Part shown: piece after piece, positions 1 to 14,000 of the stretch
Layout of the letters: every line of letters begins with the position of its first letter
Numbering within the stretch: position 1 is the stretch's first letter
Source: Antedon mediterranea
Taxonomy: Eukaryota > Animalia > Echinodermata
Direction of reading: 5' to 3'
Length of the DNA: 64,000 nt
NCBI RefSeq assembly: GCF_964355755.1
Contig: NC_092676.1
Location: 25,190,871-25,254,870 of the forward strand
Notes under the pieces: generated by a model
Seen by the model: only the letters and a program-made list of their open reading frames with translations
The model's database searches: none
What the model was told of the DNA's origin: nothing
Position numbers and translations under genes: made by a program

Positions 1-1466
1 GGGTATATCACTACCATATTTGGGCACATTACAATTTTTTGTCAAACTAGTTTGATAGTGTAGACCTGAGCTTTACATTCTTTCTGATGATTTATTGATT
101 TTTACATTTTCGCTTAATTTAAAATCTTAATTTAATGATTCGATATATTTTTGCTGGATGATATACAAATGCAACATGTTACACCTCAGTTGATTGTAAG
201 TTTACTTTTAAACATGACACGATGTATTTGTCTACAGCAAAGTCTTTGGAGACAGTCAGGGGAACAAAGCACTTTATACAAAAAGAGTATTTCTTCTACA
301 CCTGTATCATATTACAGGTTTTGTTTATTGTATAGAGCATTTGAAATTGGTGTTGTTTATACAAATAATTTCCCAAGATATGTGCACTCATAGACATAAA
401 TGAATCCACTATGTTTGAGCAAGGAGGTAAATGTATATTTAGAACCCCTTGTATATATATCACACGCAAATTATACATGCATTCTTGTTATGTAAATACT
501 TTTTTTCTTATTTTAATAGCCTCATGTTCTTTACTTGCTAATGTTATTATTCCATAATTCATTGGTATTTTATGTTGTAAACATGAAAGGAAAGATCAGA
601 ATTATCTTTAATGGAATTTTTGCTATGACCTTTTCTAGATATGATTATGGAATTTACTCAGAAAACACTATAAAACTATAAATAGTTTTTTTTCAGATTA
701 TAGTTTTAAAAATGTTATCAATGATATAAAGTAATTCATTGTTATCATTTCTTCTTCTTTGGTATACAATAAATTTTAATTTTGTCCTCCACTTTGTTTT
801 TCCTCCTTCAATTCAAGGGGATGCTGAGCTCCGGAGATCAAAGGTTTATCTGTGGCTGCGACACAATCAGTTTCATACCCATTAACAGACAACGTGCATC
901 ATGGAGAATATGTACATAGTACAGTACTGTTGGTATTTGTCGCAGCCAGACATAAAATCGAACGTCGAGTTCCTATCATGGCATGGAAAGCTCAGCGTCT
1001 TGTTGTTAGATTGCTTTGGTATAACAGCACACTGCACTACCTATTAATAGTGTAAAGGTCTAACAACCCAAGGCCCATTTCACACATCAATAGCGGTGTA
1101 TTTATTTGGTACAATAGAGTAAAGCTATATAAACATATGACTATAAACTGTAATGCCAAATCATATATTCTCATGATACTTCAACATTCAAAGGTCAAAT
1201 TTTAGCTAGTACAAGAGAATAAAGACAGTTCAAAATGTCACCATAATAGACGATCAATTGCTTATTTATTCCACATAATATTACAATTAACTACTCCAAA
1301 TTGTCTTCTCTCCACCCCACCCCCCACCAATTACAGAAGGGGAACATTACAAACACTTCTATTTTATAAACATATCTGTTTAACGAAAGTAAATAGACAA
1401 TGACACTGTTAAACTGGTCAAAATGGTCTATTAAAATGTATGTTATATACTATTAGATAAACCCAC

Positions 1467-4400
1467 CTTGAATAACGTTTGTTTCTTGAGTTTCCTTTGT
1501 CTGTTAACTTCTGAAATTCTTTTGCAATAATGTCCGCCTGAAAATATAATTCAATTTGTTGATACATAAAACTAGTTAATTACTGTTTGCAATTTATTTA
1601 TTAGGTACCACAGAGTTAAAATATAGTTGATATAAAATATCAATTTGCGACCTCATCATTATAACACAACTTGTATAGCATAACATTGTCACACAAAGTT
1701 AAAAATATAGTAATATAAAATATTTATTTGCGACCACATTTATAACATCACTTTTATTTGGCCTGCCATGAAGTAAGTCTATTGAAATATATATTTATAC
1801 AGGGTAACCTCTTCAGTCAAAGACTGGTCTCCCAGAGGGCCCAGTTGGTGATCAGTGGCTATGATGTACTAATACACCGGGGTAACCCCCTACTCGTCTC
1901 GAAAGATGTACTAGGTTCTTTAAAGTGCACACGAGCTAGATGTGTACACTGGACCTACGGTTTATAGTCCTTATCCGAGAAGACTCGTTCTACCACCAGA
2001 ACCATGGAGTGAGTGAGCCTCGAACCTCTGCCGATGTTATGGCTACGTAATTCCGGTTCCACCGTCTTAACTGCTCGGCCACTCACTCACGCGCTCACTC
2101 TACTTAGCTGGCCGATAAGTAATAAATCACAAACTTGTCAAATTTATACGACAAATGCCCATTTTTCTATTTAAATGTATTAGTATGCTAAAGAAAAACA
2201 AAAAGAATGTATAGAGTGTAGTTTTAATTTGTTGGTTAATGACATTTCAATCTTAGTGGCATTGGTTCAATTCCCATTTTTCCTTCCAAGAAATGCCTAA
2301 CAGTCCTAAAAGATTTAAGCTCTGTCTACACTATCAAAAAAATGTGATGTGCCTATATATGGACATAATGATGTTATATAACCTCCATATTTGAGCACAT
2401 CACACTTTTGGCAGGTTTGACAGTGCAGACAGAGCTTTAGCTCTTTTGACTGTATGCAATCCATTAGAAAAAAATGAAAATGTTACCTGTATTTCTTCAC
2501 ACTGGAAAATGTACATCTCAGGGTACTTCTTTTGTGGGAATTTGAGCTGGATAACCAGAACGCTATTGTAGTTACATCGATTCATCTCAGCTGATACTAG
2601 ATTTACAAACGTCAAAGGAAACTTTTCCAAAACCTCCTAATATCAAATACAGTAGAAATATCAAGTTGTGGACATTAGATCTCGGAAAAAATCACAGATT
2701 TTAATGATTTAAAATATTGATTATTATAATCATAACAGCACTATTCACTGCTACAGGTATAAAATGTATTTAGGACAGGGAGAAGGGACGTGAATAACTC
2801 TGAGAAAATTAAAACAAAATGTATCTCTCTAAACTGCAAAGAAATTGGTTAGGGGAGAGATTTATATGTGGCAGTAATGAAAATCATTTATGTATTTAGT
2901 ATATCTATATTATATACTTGCACTGATAAAGGGCCAGTGTTGCTCGAAAGCTCTGCAAATTTTTCTGGCTGTTTTACATTATCGTTTTGATTTAGCTTTT
3001 TTCTTATTTTATTTTGGTATCTCCATTGAGATCCAGCCATTGATACTCACATCAGTGTCAATTTTTTAAGTAATTTGCCTTTGGATTTATATTATACATG
3101 TTGTTACATCATCAAATCAAATTATATATAAATAGATGTTGTTGTTAAGATAAATAACACATAACAACACTTTCTACTTAGTTACACTTTAGATACACTC
3201 CTAAATTTCTGAAATATAATTCCCACGCTTGATTACACAAAGCTCATTATATGTCGCAGTATACTTCAAATTGTATAGTTTTATAATAAATCAAGGATAT
3301 CTACTACTGCAATCTTTCAATCCCTGGCATATTTATTTTGTGTTCATAAAGGTCTTTTGAAAAAAATGAACGGAAGAAAAATCGCAATTTTCTGTTGCGC
3401 ATTCCAGTCTTTTGAAGAAGACAAATGAAGCATTGTAAACGCTTGTTGAAAAGCACTTTATCAGGCTGCAATGGGCATTCATGCGAACAACACAAATTTT
3501 ATGTAATCTAGATCTATCATGACATTTTATATAGTTTGACATTTTAACCTACTCTACCTCAAACCATGGACCTGGTCCATGCGCACACTAGACACACTGT
3601 CAAGAGAACAATATCAGGCAAACAAAGTATATGTTATACAGTAGAAAACTGTATGAATATTGTTAGCCGCAACCATAAAAAAAATAATAGCTAAACAGAT
3701 AAATGTACAGGCTTCTTTAAATTAAATAGTAATGTCTATATATAAGGTGTTTGGGTACAAAAATTCTTGAAACGCGTAATGCTTTTGTTGTAAAATAAGC
3801 AAAAATGATATCAATTCCTGGTTTTCATTGTTAAAAATTTCACCATCTCCCATTTCATCCTCGATAAAATATCGTACCTGGGTTAAGGTCTAAAAGCTTG
3901 CGGAACCGGAACATAGAATACAGTCAGAGATACAGGTGATAATCAACACACCTCATTAACATTTAAATACTAATTACAATTCATATTACCAAGATACCTG
4001 AGATGAAGTATCAGGTTTTGTCGTCCGTGATACAGGACATAAATAAAGCATTATATTATGTAATGATTTCCATAGTTTAATGGGATACGTGATCGCCTTT
4101 CAGTCTACAGCATTGCGATAATGTTATCATATTACTTGGCCTTACGTTGTGAGATAGGGTGAATGCCATTGCCATTGTAGGCAACTACTTAGCATGGAGA
4201 CATGATATTACTGATAAGCTGTGTATATTGGTTCAGGACCATTTGGTAGTAAAATGCTTTTCATATCTTTATTACAATGTAGATTGTATTCATATTGTTA
4301 GGTCATGTTATAGAGAAAGTAAAGGTGCCGAGGAAAGTAGAAATTGAAAATTCCTTCACTCAACCATAAAATGACTCGGACCTCACACTAGATGGTGGTC

Positions 4401-6851
4401 ATTGTTTTCCTAGAGTGTGATTCTGTATTTTAATGTTTAATTTTTAATTTTAATTTATTTTCTTTTTTTTGGTTCAAGTTATGTGTCTAAGTTGTCAATT
4501 TAGCCTTACAAAGTGAAAATGATCTAATGAGATTGTGATTATTTTCTAATATTGTGATCATTGTTTAGTAAGATTGTAATCATTTTCTAATACTGTGATC
4601 ATTTATGAGATTGTAATCTATATTGTGATCAATCTCTAATAAGATTGTAATTATTTTCTACTATTGTGATCATTGTTTAGTACGATTATAATCATTGTCT
4701 ACTATTGTGATCATTTATGAGATAAATCTATATTGTGATCATTTATTGTAATCATTGTCTACTACTGTGATCATTTATGAGATTTTAATCTATATTGTGA
4801 TCATTCTCTACTGAGATTGTGATTATTACCTGTGACTGCTCATCAATGATCATAACTTCTTTTGGATTTGCATTTATTGTGACGTCTTGCGTCCAAATCT
4901 TGCCTTTGGCGTCCATCAGCTTCAGTTTGCGTAGAGCGTCCTCAACTGTTAGTACAGCATCTTTACGGTCCATTGTAAAAATGCATAAATGCTTGAAAAG
5001 AAAATATTATAAATCAAATAAATTAAAAATTCAAAGATAAGATTTACATTTATATCTTTTTGTGAATTAAATAGTTGAGTAAAAACGTATTTTTGGGTGA
5101 AATATATTACAAAGCAAAAACAAACAATGAGAATTTTATTGTAATCTATTATTGCATACCTCAACACGATATGATATTTCATATTTTCCATTAGCCACAG
5201 ATGAATCTATTAAAAAAAAATTATTCATTAAAAATATTAATATACAGTAATATGAGCTTTCTATCATGACATAATTATGAATGAAGATTACAGTACAACG
5301 TACTGTATTGTAAATATATGTTTGGATGGAAAACATTTTTCTTCATAGGAGATTTTTATTATTAATTTCAATAATGGCAAAATGACATTAGTATATATGA
5401 ATATGATATAATTACAACGTTTTAAAAAAATAACCATTATTGAGGATCCTTTATTCGAAGAAACCAAGTTTCTTGTCACATGATGATAAATAATAAGAAA
5501 CAAAAATATGAATATGACAAAAATAATCCTAGCCTATGGAGTATCAGTCACATACTGAAATAATCATACTTTTATTGATTAATTATAATTGTTATATAAT
5601 ATAAAGTTTGTTAGGCCTGTCAAAGATATTTTTTCAACTTGTAATGATTCTGCATTTAACTTATTAATTTGTTTGTATGACTCATGATATGAATATTCAG
5701 ACAAACAAACCCAAAAAGACAGGAGATTGGGATTGGGAAGGTAAGCACCCAGTTAACCACAAATTACGCCTACGAGTTAAAATAAATGAATTGCATGCGA
5801 ATAGAAAATATAGCTATCTTTGCCGTTTCCATTAATTACTTGATTTAGTACTGATGGGCCTACAATAGTAAGGAATACAATAGAGATCTTTGGAATCATG
5901 ACGACCTACGACCTACATGCCTTGATGTACATTCCGACAAAACTGTTAAAATTAAGGAAGCCCATGTCAATGTCTCCACATGTATACTTTACACTATGAA
6001 TTAATTTCATAACAAATTTCCCAAGCTTAAAGCTATGTCCACACTACCAAACTTGTGACAAAAAATGTGATGTGCCCATATATGGACATGATGATGTTAT
6101 ATCACCACCATATTTGGGCACATTACACTTTTTTTGTAAAACTAGTTTGATAATGTAGACAGAGGTTATCGTAATTTTTTCTCACCATAGACTAGGTTTT
6201 ATAAGCAGCACTAGGTTTAGACAATATGGGCTATTACGATCTTATTATGTAACTGTAAATTATTCCAAATATGGCAAGGCTTGAGTGTTATTTTGTTCTT
6301 ACCAAATACTCCATTTGCTCTTGAGGGTCCAGAAGCCGCCTCATGACCTCTTGACGTTGCAGGGTTCCTTTGCACCATTTCACTGTTTGCCCTCCTTGCC
6401 ATATTCCCTTGGTTCATACTACTCATCCTTGATGGTTGAGCACTGTTGACTCTACGTGGTTCTGGTGCAGCACCATTCATTCTTGGTCCATCTCTACCAT
6501 TTCCATCTCTGCTATATCCATTTATGGGCTGTCCGTAATCATGTTGTTTAATACTTGGGCCACGGCCACTAATAATAGATATAATTGAATAAAGTCTGTC
6601 TTGATTTCACATTAATCTACATAAAAGGTTTTACACTAAAAATGACTTTAAACCATGTAGCTACAGTACATAATTGCATATCTTCATGTTACTGACCAAA
6701 GAAATTAGAAAACATACTGTAACATTGTATGTCAGGCTGGCCCTTTATTTGTTGGTACTCAACCTATACTTTATCCTCACCTGTAGAAGGCACCGTTTGG
6801 TGCCCCATGGTAGTCAGGCTCATGGTACGATGGCCTTGTTGCGATTGGCAT
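1467..6851 (-). CDS. EPS8: EPS8-family adaptor protein (N-terminus and PTB domain); 3' part lies beyond the left edge of the window
   Basis: In-phase GT-AG exons 6851-6781 (ATG, MPIATRPSYHEP...), 6568-6303, 5206-5160, 4991-4830, 2636-2487 and 1537-1467. Spliced peptide YRVE|HLCIFTMDRKDAVLTVEDALRKLKLMDAKGKIWTQD...|EVLEKFPL...YNSVL...EMYIFQCEEIQ|ADII closely matches the recalled EPS8 PTB sequence YRVEHLTTFVLDRKDAMITVDDGIRKLKLLDAKGKVWTQD. Possible non-coding 5' exons near 14070-14116 and 17416-17560 are less certain. Confidence 0.9.
1791..2088 (-). mobile_element. tRNA-derived SINE family A, full-length copy
   Basis: Reverse complement of 57221-57522; A box TGGCCGAGCAG, B box GGTTCGAGGC, tRNA-like head ending CCA. 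Confidence 0.85.
2318..2436. mobile_element. Harbinger/Tourist-like MITE family A (other copies at 1-75, 6031-6166, 10691-11057, 32286-32409, 32902-33038, 34480-34608)
   Basis: TIR AGCTCTGTCTACACTATCAAA with palindromic interior. 3-bp TWA target duplications: TTA here, TAA at 10691 and 32902. Confidence 0.85.
2918..2958 (+). ncRNA. Minimal type I hammerhead ribozyme-like motif (Penelope-type), core variant
   Basis: Stem I TTGCA/TGCAA, core CTGATAA(A), stem II GGGC/GCTC, GAAA, minimal palindromic stem III AGCT, cleavage TC. Conserved G8 is replaced by A. Confidence 0.5.
4525..4826. repeat. Degenerate minisatellite (ATTGTGATCATT-based) abutting an EPS8 donor site
   Basis: Recurrent GATTGTAATCATT / TATTGTGATCATT units. 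Confidence 0.75.
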
Positions 6852-7437
6852 TCTGCTGCTTTCTTAACACCCAGATAGTCTTCATGTAATATCTACCACT
6901 GCTTTACAATAAATTCTAAAATAAGAAAAAAAATGTTATAATTTGCTACATGTCAACTATTTGGCCACCTTCTTGCTAAACCATTCTGTCCATGGCGTAA
7001 CGAATTTACTTACATAGGACATAGATAGATATTTTTTTTGTACAAGTGCCAATGGCCCATATATTATAGTATATTGAATAAATTACCTCAAAAGTGAAAA
7101 AAGATATGCCTACTAAGGTTGTTTTTTTTTTGGGATTATTGAATTTTTTAATGGGAAATTATAAAATATTTAACAGTAATACACTGTACTGTATGGCAAG
7201 ATGCTAACAGACAATTTCTTAAAAAAGATTATCTGTACTATTTGTTCCGGTATATTCAACTGAATTCTGATAAATATTTGCATTTTATGTTTGCATTCTA
7301 GGAAGCAGCCTTTTCACTGTATTGTTTATCTAAAATTAAATCTCGGAGGACAATAGCTGTGCTTACATGTGCATGAAACATTACTGATCCAAATTGTATC
7401 TGAGTTACAACCGACATAAGTGCTTGCATGCAGTCAG

Positions 7438-7566
7438 CAGTGGCATAACGACTTTGAACGCTCACTGGCTAAACCCAGGGGGCCTCAGAGCAACTACCCA
7501 GCGTTAGAGGGCTCCTTAGGAGTGGTAAACCAGGGCCAACAGTATGCCTACTGCATTACGCCACTG
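7438..7566. mobile_element. Short hAT-like MITE (relative at about 12002-12149)
   Basis: Termini CAGTGGCATA / TACGCCACTG and GC-rich GGGGC(C/T)C interior. Confidence 0.6.
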
Positions 7567-8178
7567 GTGATCAGTTTGACTCTTTTTAATATACCTCTGT
7601 GTCACTTTAATACATACAGTAATCCCAATTAACTCTGAGGTTTTAGGGATACATCCGATGTAACTCATGTCACAATTTAAAATTAATCCCCTACACACAG
7701 TAGATACAGAAAATCATATAAAATCATGGTGTAAACGTAATTTAGCAACTGTTTTATTCAATTTCTTTTATAACAGAAAAGAATTCAAATAGTAGAAAGT
7801 ATGACTAGCTACTCAAGGGAAGAAGTCGAGCCTGTACCACTCAATATCTTTGTACCATTTAGCTATTACTGTGTTATACAATTACTCTTATGTATGACTG
7901 AATACAAGCTCTTGTCACTGCCATTGTATACTTACTTAATAGCACAGGGAGCTATTCAACCAAAAAAACCACATCCTACAACTGTACTGTACAGTACTAC
8001 ATACTCAAGGCTCAATTTGTTTGCCGACATCTTTTGATTGTTTGATTTGATGTTTATTTTAATTGTAGTTTTGCGTCAGAGAGTTGAGTAATTAGATGTT
8101 TTGCCCTACTCTGACGTAATTTGTACTTTATACTACTGTAAGTACATTTGAGAATACTTGCGAAAAAATTTGCAAGTA

Positions 8179-8251
8179 GTTCTCGGGTGGGACTCGAACC
8201 CACAACCTCCAGATCACTAGCCTGGCGTTCATACCTCTAGACCACCGAGCT
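8179..8251 (-). other. tRNA-like Pol III unit (pseudo-tRNA or SINE head), AGT anticodon
   Basis: Minus strand AGCTCGGTGGTCTAGAGGTATGAACGCCAGGCTAGTGATCTGGAGGTTGTGGGTTCGAGTCCCACCCGAGAAC has intact T arm and anticodon arm, only 5 paired acceptor-stem bases, and a T6 terminator 10 nt downstream. Confidence 0.6.
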
Positions 8252-9175
8252 TGCGCTGATGGCTAGTGGTTAGATTCGAGCCCAAGTAAGCAGCGGGTAC
8301 TGCACCAACAAGATTGTAATTGTAGTTTTGCGTCAGGGAGTTGAGTAATTAGATGTTTTTATTTTATTTGTCGTTAAATCTTTTGTTTGTTTGTTGATCA
8401 TTTGTGTTTGAATTTGTTTAATTATCATCATTTTGGATAAGTAACTATAGCGATTTAACTCGGAACAGGATGAGATATTAAACCAAAATGCCACATTCTA
8501 TTACAATGTCTTGTGAGGTTATCGTTCCATATTATTTTATGTACATAGCTTTTGTGAAGTGCATTATTCTTTGAACCATTAACCAAGATTCAACAAAATC
8601 TACAACCACTGCATGAACTGTCTCGACTAGCCGATAAAAGAAGCTCCTTGAATTTAACGTAATTTATACCATTAATTTTTAAAATTTATAATTGTACATC
8701 ATAAATAGTTAATTATGCTCAGATTAAACCTTTAATTTATTTTTGGCCCGCACTAGGGATTATTCCCTCTTTTTGCAACAACAGCACCACTTTAATATTG
8801 TGGCTATGGCACTGTATCTAAATCAAAAAGAAAGTGTACAGTATTTTAAAACACCTGGGTTAAAAAACAAATTATTAGTATATAAAATGCTTCGAAAGAA
8901 CAGTGTGTTGTATGATTCAACTGTTTCAAATTTCTCTTGTAAAACAAGATGGTACAATACATAAACAAAAAACAAACATACTGAGCACTACAGTTAGCAC
9001 TAGTACACTGTATGAATAGCTAAATAAAACAACAACAACCACATACCACAATTAACAGCCTATTCAATGTACCTACTGTAGAATGAAATCTAATCAAAAG
9101 GCTGACGCTAGAAAATAATGCAAGTAACTATCTAATCTAATTCAAATTAAAACATAAGATGTACTGTAATTCAAA

Positions 9176-9990
9176 TGTCAGCATTGATTTTGTGTACCTC
9201 TGAGTAGTATGTGATATTAAATTTTACATTAGGCCAAATAAAAAAAAAATTTAGTTTCACGTTCACTGTATTTAAATTGAATGGGGTTTTACCATACGGT
9301 ACTTAATGGTAAAAAGATCAAAAAGGTAACTTGCAATCAGTTTCCTTTAATTAGTCAGCATTGATTTTGTGTACCTCTCAGTAGTATGTGATATTAAATT
9401 TTACATTAGGCCAAATAAAAAAAAAATTTAGTTTCAAGTTCACTGTATTTAAATTGAATGGGGTTTTACCATACGGTACTTAATGATAAAAGGATCGAAG
9501 GTATTCTTCGGTTTCCTCAAAACTTTGAACCCACTATCTATATATAATATAAAAATTAATAAACACAATTGTGATATCTTATTGCTTTGAGCCACACAAA
9601 CTCATGTGATATTAAATTTTAGGCCAAATAAAAAAGAAATTTAATGGGGTTTTACCATTACGATACTCAATGGTAAAAAGATAAAAGATAACTTGCAATT
9701 AGATTTCTTAACACTTTAGACATTATCTAAATACAATACAAAAATTAATAAACATAATTGTGATATCTTATTGCTTTGAGCCAAACAAACGCATGTGATA
9801 TTAAATTTTACATTAGGCCAAATAAATTACATGCACTGTATTTAAATTTAATGGGGTTTTACCATTTACGGTATTAATGGTAAAATTGAAGGTAACTTGC
9901 AATCTGTTTCCTCAAAACTTTGAACCCATTATCTACTGTATATAAAATTGTCAACACAATTGTGTATATCTTATTGCTTTGACCCACACG
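9176..9990. repeat. Imperfect tandem repeat of about 180-240 bp units, about 4 copies
   Basis: ATGTGATATTAAATTTTACATTAGGCCAAATAAA and AATGGGGTTTTACCAT recur four times. Confidence 0.8.
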
Positions 9991-10690
9991 AACCATATTT
10001 AAAATAAAATCAAATCAGCATTGCTTTGCAAGGATTGTACTTTAGTATTTCATAACATAACAATCCACTTGGTATTTACAGAACAATAAGCGTTCAATAA
10101 ATGTAAAATTTATTCAATAAACTGTTTCATTTAAACAGTTTGACTCTCAGAACTGTTAATAGTAGAACCACTATTAATGGGAAACATGCAATACCCAACA
10201 AAGTGTTCTTTAAATATAGGTGTCAAATGAATAGGGGTATCTACCCCTTTAATAAGGTTGTCTCAAAGGAGGGGCTCTACAAAAAGGTTTTGAACTAAAT
10301 TATATAAGTTATAATATACTTAACACTACTTACCATAAGACATAAAATACTACATTCCATTAAAACCAGTTATAAGTGGATCCGTTACAAGTATATTTAA
10401 GTAAATCCTAAGATTTAAAAAGAATCACAGAGTCTAACAGAGAAATCTACTAGCTAATACCATAGACTGAGCCTTTTGTAAGGGACCTTTTTGCTGGAAT
10501 TGGAACCTAGAATAATTCAGGGTTGGGTACAATAGCATCTGCATAACAAAAGAAGACTATCAAAATAGCTCTTTAGGCTGATGGTACTGTAGCTCACTGG
10601 AATGTGAATCAATTTGGGGTTTAGGAAAGGTGTTGTTGCTATGATTAGACAATCTACGAAAAGTTGAGATATGCACAGTTCTAAATTTAA

Positions 10691-11057
10691 AGCTCTGTCT
10701 ACACTATGAAACTTTATGTTGCCAATGTAATGTGCCCATATATGGATATGATGATGTCATATCACTATGAGTCTTCTCGGATAAGGATAATAAACCGTAG
10801 GTCCAGTGTACACAACTTGCTCGTGTGCACTTTAAAGAACCTAGTACATCTTTCGAGACGAGTAGGGGGTTACTCCGGTGTATTAGTACATCACAGCCAC
10901 TGATCACCAACTGGGCCCTCTGGGAGATCAGTCTTTGACTGAAGAGGTCACCCAGCATAAAGATAAAACAAACAAACTGTATTTGAGCATATCACTACCA
11001 TATATGGGTACATCACACTTTTTTTTGCCAAACTAGTTTGATAGTGTAGACAGAGAT
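10691..11057. mobile_element. MITE family A copy carrying a SINE insertion
   Basis: TIRs at both ends, TAA target duplication, SINE at 10769-10977. Confidence 0.8.
10769..10977 (+). mobile_element. 5'-truncated SINE family A copy nested in a MITE
   Basis: GAGTCTTCTCGGATAAGGA...GAAGAGGTCACCCAG plus A-rich tail, lying between the two halves of the MITE at 10691-11057. Confidence 0.8.
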
Positions 11058-14000
11058 TAAAACTTTCATGATTACATAACAAAACATAATGCAGTTGTTT
11101 GTAATATTGAAAGCTGTTGTTTTTTTTTACTAATTATTGACTGTTGACTGAAATTTGACTTATTCTAATGATTTATTACACTCTGTACAGTGATTTATGA
11201 CAGCTTGTATTTGTGATGGAGTGATTTCGGTTTGACATGCAAATTCTAAACTTCCTTTGCTACAAATTTGTCAGTGAATTATTTTACCAGTGCAGAATAT
11301 TTTTCCTATAGTATAATACCACACTATAATACAAGGAATAGGCAGATCATAGAGGGGTTGCAGCTGACCAGCAAAAGTTTACTTAATTTCACGATTTGTA
11401 GCCCTGTGTTCCCCTATTTCAAAATCTTGGATCCATCAATGCAGAAAATCCACAAAATAAAATTGAAATTTCATGAGGGACCCTATAAACTTTGTTCTGC
11501 TTCAGTGCTTTTTTAAACAATACAATAATACCTGCAAACTTTAAACACTGAACTTAAATCTTACTAGTTAGCAGCCAGCCAACTAGTATTAGTAAAACTG
11601 ATTGTTTAAACAATGGTTTTAAATTAAACTTTTTGCTTACCAATACAATACTAAGCTTTTGTAGTTTGTAATGCCATTGTATTTTGTACCTTTTTTGTCT
11701 TTGTACTGCAATAGGATTTAGAGCCCTGAGCCAAAGGTGACAAAGTCTAGTTCTTTTATTCTCATTCATTTATTCGGGTCATAAAAGTTGTGGAACTTTA
11801 GTTTAGTTCTTTTACAAAATCAGTGAAGTGCATCTCCCATATATTATTATTTCCATAATCCTATGAAAACAAAAAGCCTTTTGCAAGAATAAAATTATTA
11901 AAAATGAGCAAATTATTATCAGGATTAGTAAGATTATGTTGATGGTTTGAGTTTGGCTTTATTCCCATGGTCCTAGGTTCAATTCTTCTACACTGTACTC
12001 TCAGTACCGTAACACAGAGGCTCAAGGCCCCTGGTTTAGAGGCCTAAGTGCATGTTTGGCCTTTTTTCATCTGAGAACTGCTCAGGGGCTCCAATAAGCT
12101 CCGGGGCCATGGGTTTAGCCAGTGAGGGCTCATAGCCCTTATGCCACTGACTGTACTGTATGCTTTAAAACTAAATCATTTACAAACAATTCAATTATAC
12201 ATATTACTGGTAAAATCTAATTATCCCATCACATCAACAAGGTATTCCACCATAGGAACCAAGTTTAATCAAATAATGGTAATACCCACAGTATACATAG
12301 AACTCTGGCACACGTCCTCTCATCTGAGGTACACAACTGTTATTCAGAGAACACCCTTTTAAGGGGACACTTCGGCCCTTTAAAAGAGATGCTATTGTAA
12401 TTGTGACAACAGGTACCACACAAAGAATGAAAAGGTTTGGATCCTGGTTTGTATGCTTGACTTCAATGTCTTATAGCTAGAATGCGTTTAAATGTAAAGC
12501 CTACTGGGCTAGCATTCTTCCTAGCCCAACTAGATCTTGCTATAGGTTATATATTACTATTATAGTCCTGTTGACAATGTTATTAATAGGTCAAGCCAAC
12601 GTTGCTAAGAAGCTGTTTTAAAGTTCCGGGCTAACACTTGAAAACGTAATGTCAATATTTAAACTTTAAGGCTCTTTAGAAACCAGCAAACTGTTACCAT
12701 TCACAAGAAAATCAATTTCAACACTAGCTAAAGAAAAGATGGAGAACATGAATAGAAGTCAGAATGCGGGGGATGTATAAAAATGTAGAGAAGAATGTTA
12801 TTATTAATAGAAATACTATCCAGTTAATAAGATAATAATCTATTTTGTATTAGAGAGCTTTCAATTCAGTCCAGCAAAGAAACTATGTCATGTTAGTTCA
12901 TTGTGCGCATACAGAGATATTGTGATGTGTGTCCTCGCTCCCCACCTCAACACAGGTTTGATGATTCCTAGGTCTGGGTAACGACATATTGATTGACCTG
13001 ACCTTGGTTGGTTGCAAATTGAAACAAAATTAACTTACTTTGATTTATGTAATGTACTGTACTTTTTAGTACATGGTTACAACTCAGTAACAGGAACAGG
13101 ATAAAATGTAGTTTTTTTCATTTTTTGAATAGTTGTCGATTTGTTGAAAATAATTTATTTCACTTATGTTTATTATTAGAATAAATACTATAGTTTCTAT
13201 TAATTTTGTTTTTGTTAAGTTTAAACTAATGTTTTCTATTGTTAACAGAGATTGTGGTAAATTTGTCTCACTTTAGTTAGTGTGGGAAATTTCAGATGTT
13301 TTCACGGTCATCTTTTTGGTTATGGCGTGAACAAATGAGTTATTTATACAACATACAACAAATGTAAAAAAATGTAATGTACTGTAGGAGGTACTGTAAA
13401 TACTTGAATTTAAACACTGAATGTGGGAAATTTCAGATGTTGTCGTGCTCATTTTTTGATTACGGTGTGAACAAAAAAAAGTTATATTAACATACTACAG
13501 TAAAATGTAAAAAAACAACGTAATGTACAGTACTGTAAATACTTGACTTGAGTATAGCATTGACACTGTATAAATTATTGTTTTTCTTGGATTATGATCA
13601 AATATAGCAGATTATCATTTTCAAAAAACCAACCAATTGCATGAGCGATGTTCAACAAAGTGTACTTGTGTCACGGTACAACGGCTATGAATCTATGTAA
13701 AATTCCCATTAGTTAATAGTTTAACATTGAAATTATAATTTGAGGAAAAATGTGAACAACAATCCAAAAATGCCTACTGCAATGTTAACCAAATTTTATG
13801 AACATCACAAACCTTACCTTACCTGGATAAACTAACATTGGCCATTTCTCTCTGAGAAGAGTGCTACAATTCAAAATACAGTATCAATGACACATTTCAT
13901 GTACCCTGTTCCCAAATGGGAATAACCCAACTCACCACCATAATCATTTCTTTTCAAGACATGGTAGGCGTACTGTAAACAGAATGATGGGCTAAAAAAT

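Noticed and set aside
1758-1967. Recurrent small ORF GNLFSQRLVSQRAQLVISG... (also 10704-10958 and 57344-57529)
   Set aside because: Antisense translation of SINE family A, not a gene family.
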